From: Nemertoderma westbladi
Lineage: Eukaryota > Animalia > Xenacoelomorpha
Direction of reading: 5' to 3'
DNA length: 64,000 bases
Assembly: GCA_032718475.1 (NCBI GenBank)
Contig: JAUCBJ010002028.1
Location: 1 to 64,000, forward strand
The translations under genes were made by a program, and so were the position numbers. This document shows, piece after piece, positions 62,321 to 64,000 of this stretch. Each line of letters opens with the position of its first letter. The first letter of the stretch is position 1. Under the pieces are notes generated by a model. That model searched no databases and was not told where the DNA came from. It was given only the letters and a program-made list of their open reading frames with translations.

Positions 62321-64000
62321 TAGGGATAATGTTACTAGGGATAATGTTACTAGGGATAATGTTACTAGGGATAATGTTACTAACTCCCCAAGAGGTAGGG
62401 ATAATGTTACTAGGGATAATGTTACTAGGGATAATGTTACTAGGGATAATGTTACTAGGGATAATGTTACTAGGGATAATGTTACTAGGGATAATGTTAC
62501 TAGGGATAATGTTACTAGGGATAATGTTACTAACTCCCCAAGAGGTAGGGATAATGTTACTAGGGATAATGTTACTAGGGATAATGTTACTAGGGATAAT
62601 GTTACTAACTCCCCAAGAGGTAGGGATAATGTTACTAACTCCCCAAGAGGTAGGGATAATGTTACTAACTCCCCAAGAGGTAGGGATAATGTTACTAACT
62701 CCCCAAGAGGTAGGGATAATGTTACTAGGGATAATGTTACTAGGGATAATGTTACTAGGGATAATGTTACTAGGGATAATGTTACTAACTCCCCAAGAGG
62801 TAGGGATAATGTTACTAGGGATAATGTTACTAGGGATAATGTTACTAGGGATAATGTTACTAGGGATAATGTTACTAACTCCCCAAGAGGTAGGGATAAT
62901 GTTACTAACTCCCCAAGAGGTAGGGATAATGTTACTAACTCCCCAAGAGGTAGGGATAATGTTACTAACTCCCCAAGAGGTAGGGATAATGTTACTAACT
63001 CCCCAAGAGGTAGGGATAATGTTACTAACTCCCCAAGAGGTAGGGATAATGTTACTAACTCCCCAAGAGGTAGGGATAATGTTACTAACTCCCCAAGAGG
63101 TAGGGATAATGTTACTAACTCCCCAAGAGGTAGGGATAATGTTACTAACTCCCCAAGAGGTAGGGATAATGTTACTAACTCCCCAAGAGGTAGGGATAAT
63201 GTTACTAACTCCCCAAGAGGTAGGGATAATGTTACTAACTCCCCAAGAGGTAGGGATAATGTTACTAACTCCCCAAGAGGTAGGGATAATGTTACTAACT
63301 CCCCAAGAGGTAGGGATAATGTTACTAACTCCCCAAGAGGTAGGGATAATGTTACTAGGGATAATGTTACTAACTCCCCAAGAGGTAGGGATAATGTTAC
63401 TAACTCCCCAAGAGGTAGGGATAATGTTACTAACTCCCCAAGAGGTATGGATAATGTTACTAACTCCCCAAGAGGTAGGGATAATGTTACTAACTCCCCA
63501 AGAGGTAGGGATAATGTTACTAGGGATAATGTTACTAACTCCCCAAGAGGTAGGGATAATGTTACTAACTCCCCAAGAGGTAGGGATAATGTTACTAACT
63601 CCCCAAGAGGTAGGGATAATGTTACTAACTCCCCAAGAGGTAGGGATAATGTTACTAACTCCCCAAGAGGTAGGGATAATGTTACTAACTCCCCAAGAGG
63701 TAGGGATAATGTTACTAACTCCCCAAGAGGTAGGGATAATGTTACTAACTCCCCAAGAGGTAGGGATAATGTTACTAGGGATAATGTTACTAACTCCCCA
63801 AGAGGTAGGGATAATGTTACTAACTCCCCAAGAGGTAGGGATAATGTTACTAGGGATAATGTTACTAACTCCCCAAGAGGTAGGGATAATGTTACTAACT
63901 CCCCAAGAGGTAGGGATAATGTTACTAACTCCCCAAGAGGTAGGGATAATGTTACTAGGGATAATGTTACTAACTCCCCAAGAGGTAGGGATAATGTTAC
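62291..64000. repeat. Binary 15/30-bp tandem array (A=tagggataatgttac, B=taactccccaagagg), runs off the window end
   Basis: Made entirely of A and BA units in irregular order; one substitution seen (63448). Confidence 0.98.

Noticed and set aside
62306-64000. Canonical telomere repeat or I-SceI site (TAGGGATAA)
   Set aside because: Not (TTAGGG)n, only half of the I-SceI site, and the sequence is explained by LINE codons. A chromosome-end location cannot be judged from this window.

Overview
Repeat-dominated eukaryotic DNA, most likely from an invertebrate animal. I can support only one host gene: an intronless NDUFA12 (complex I subunit) at 20871-21359 (-). The rest is a nested mosaic of mobile elements. 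It holds two copies of a BEL/Pao LTR retrotransposon family; one lacks RT/RNase H and integrase through in-frame deletions, and both carry a large unknown ORF in the env position. It also holds at least seven LINE copies (RTE, CR1, Crack/L2-like and tentatively RTEX-like), a tRNA-derived SINE, many MITE/fold-back elements and four major tandem arrays. The main signal is that two arrays are demonstrably made of LINE coding sequence. One is a 45 x 36-bp in-frame expansion (LCRTTAHGFHHK)n inside a LINE C-terminus. The other is a near mutation-free binary 15/30-bp array that starts exactly where a LINE's RT coding sequence stops, with the polarity and microhomologies expected for iterative, telomerase-like re-priming during reverse transcription; that mechanism is inference. 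Clade assignments come from motif recognition only, and no searches were run.
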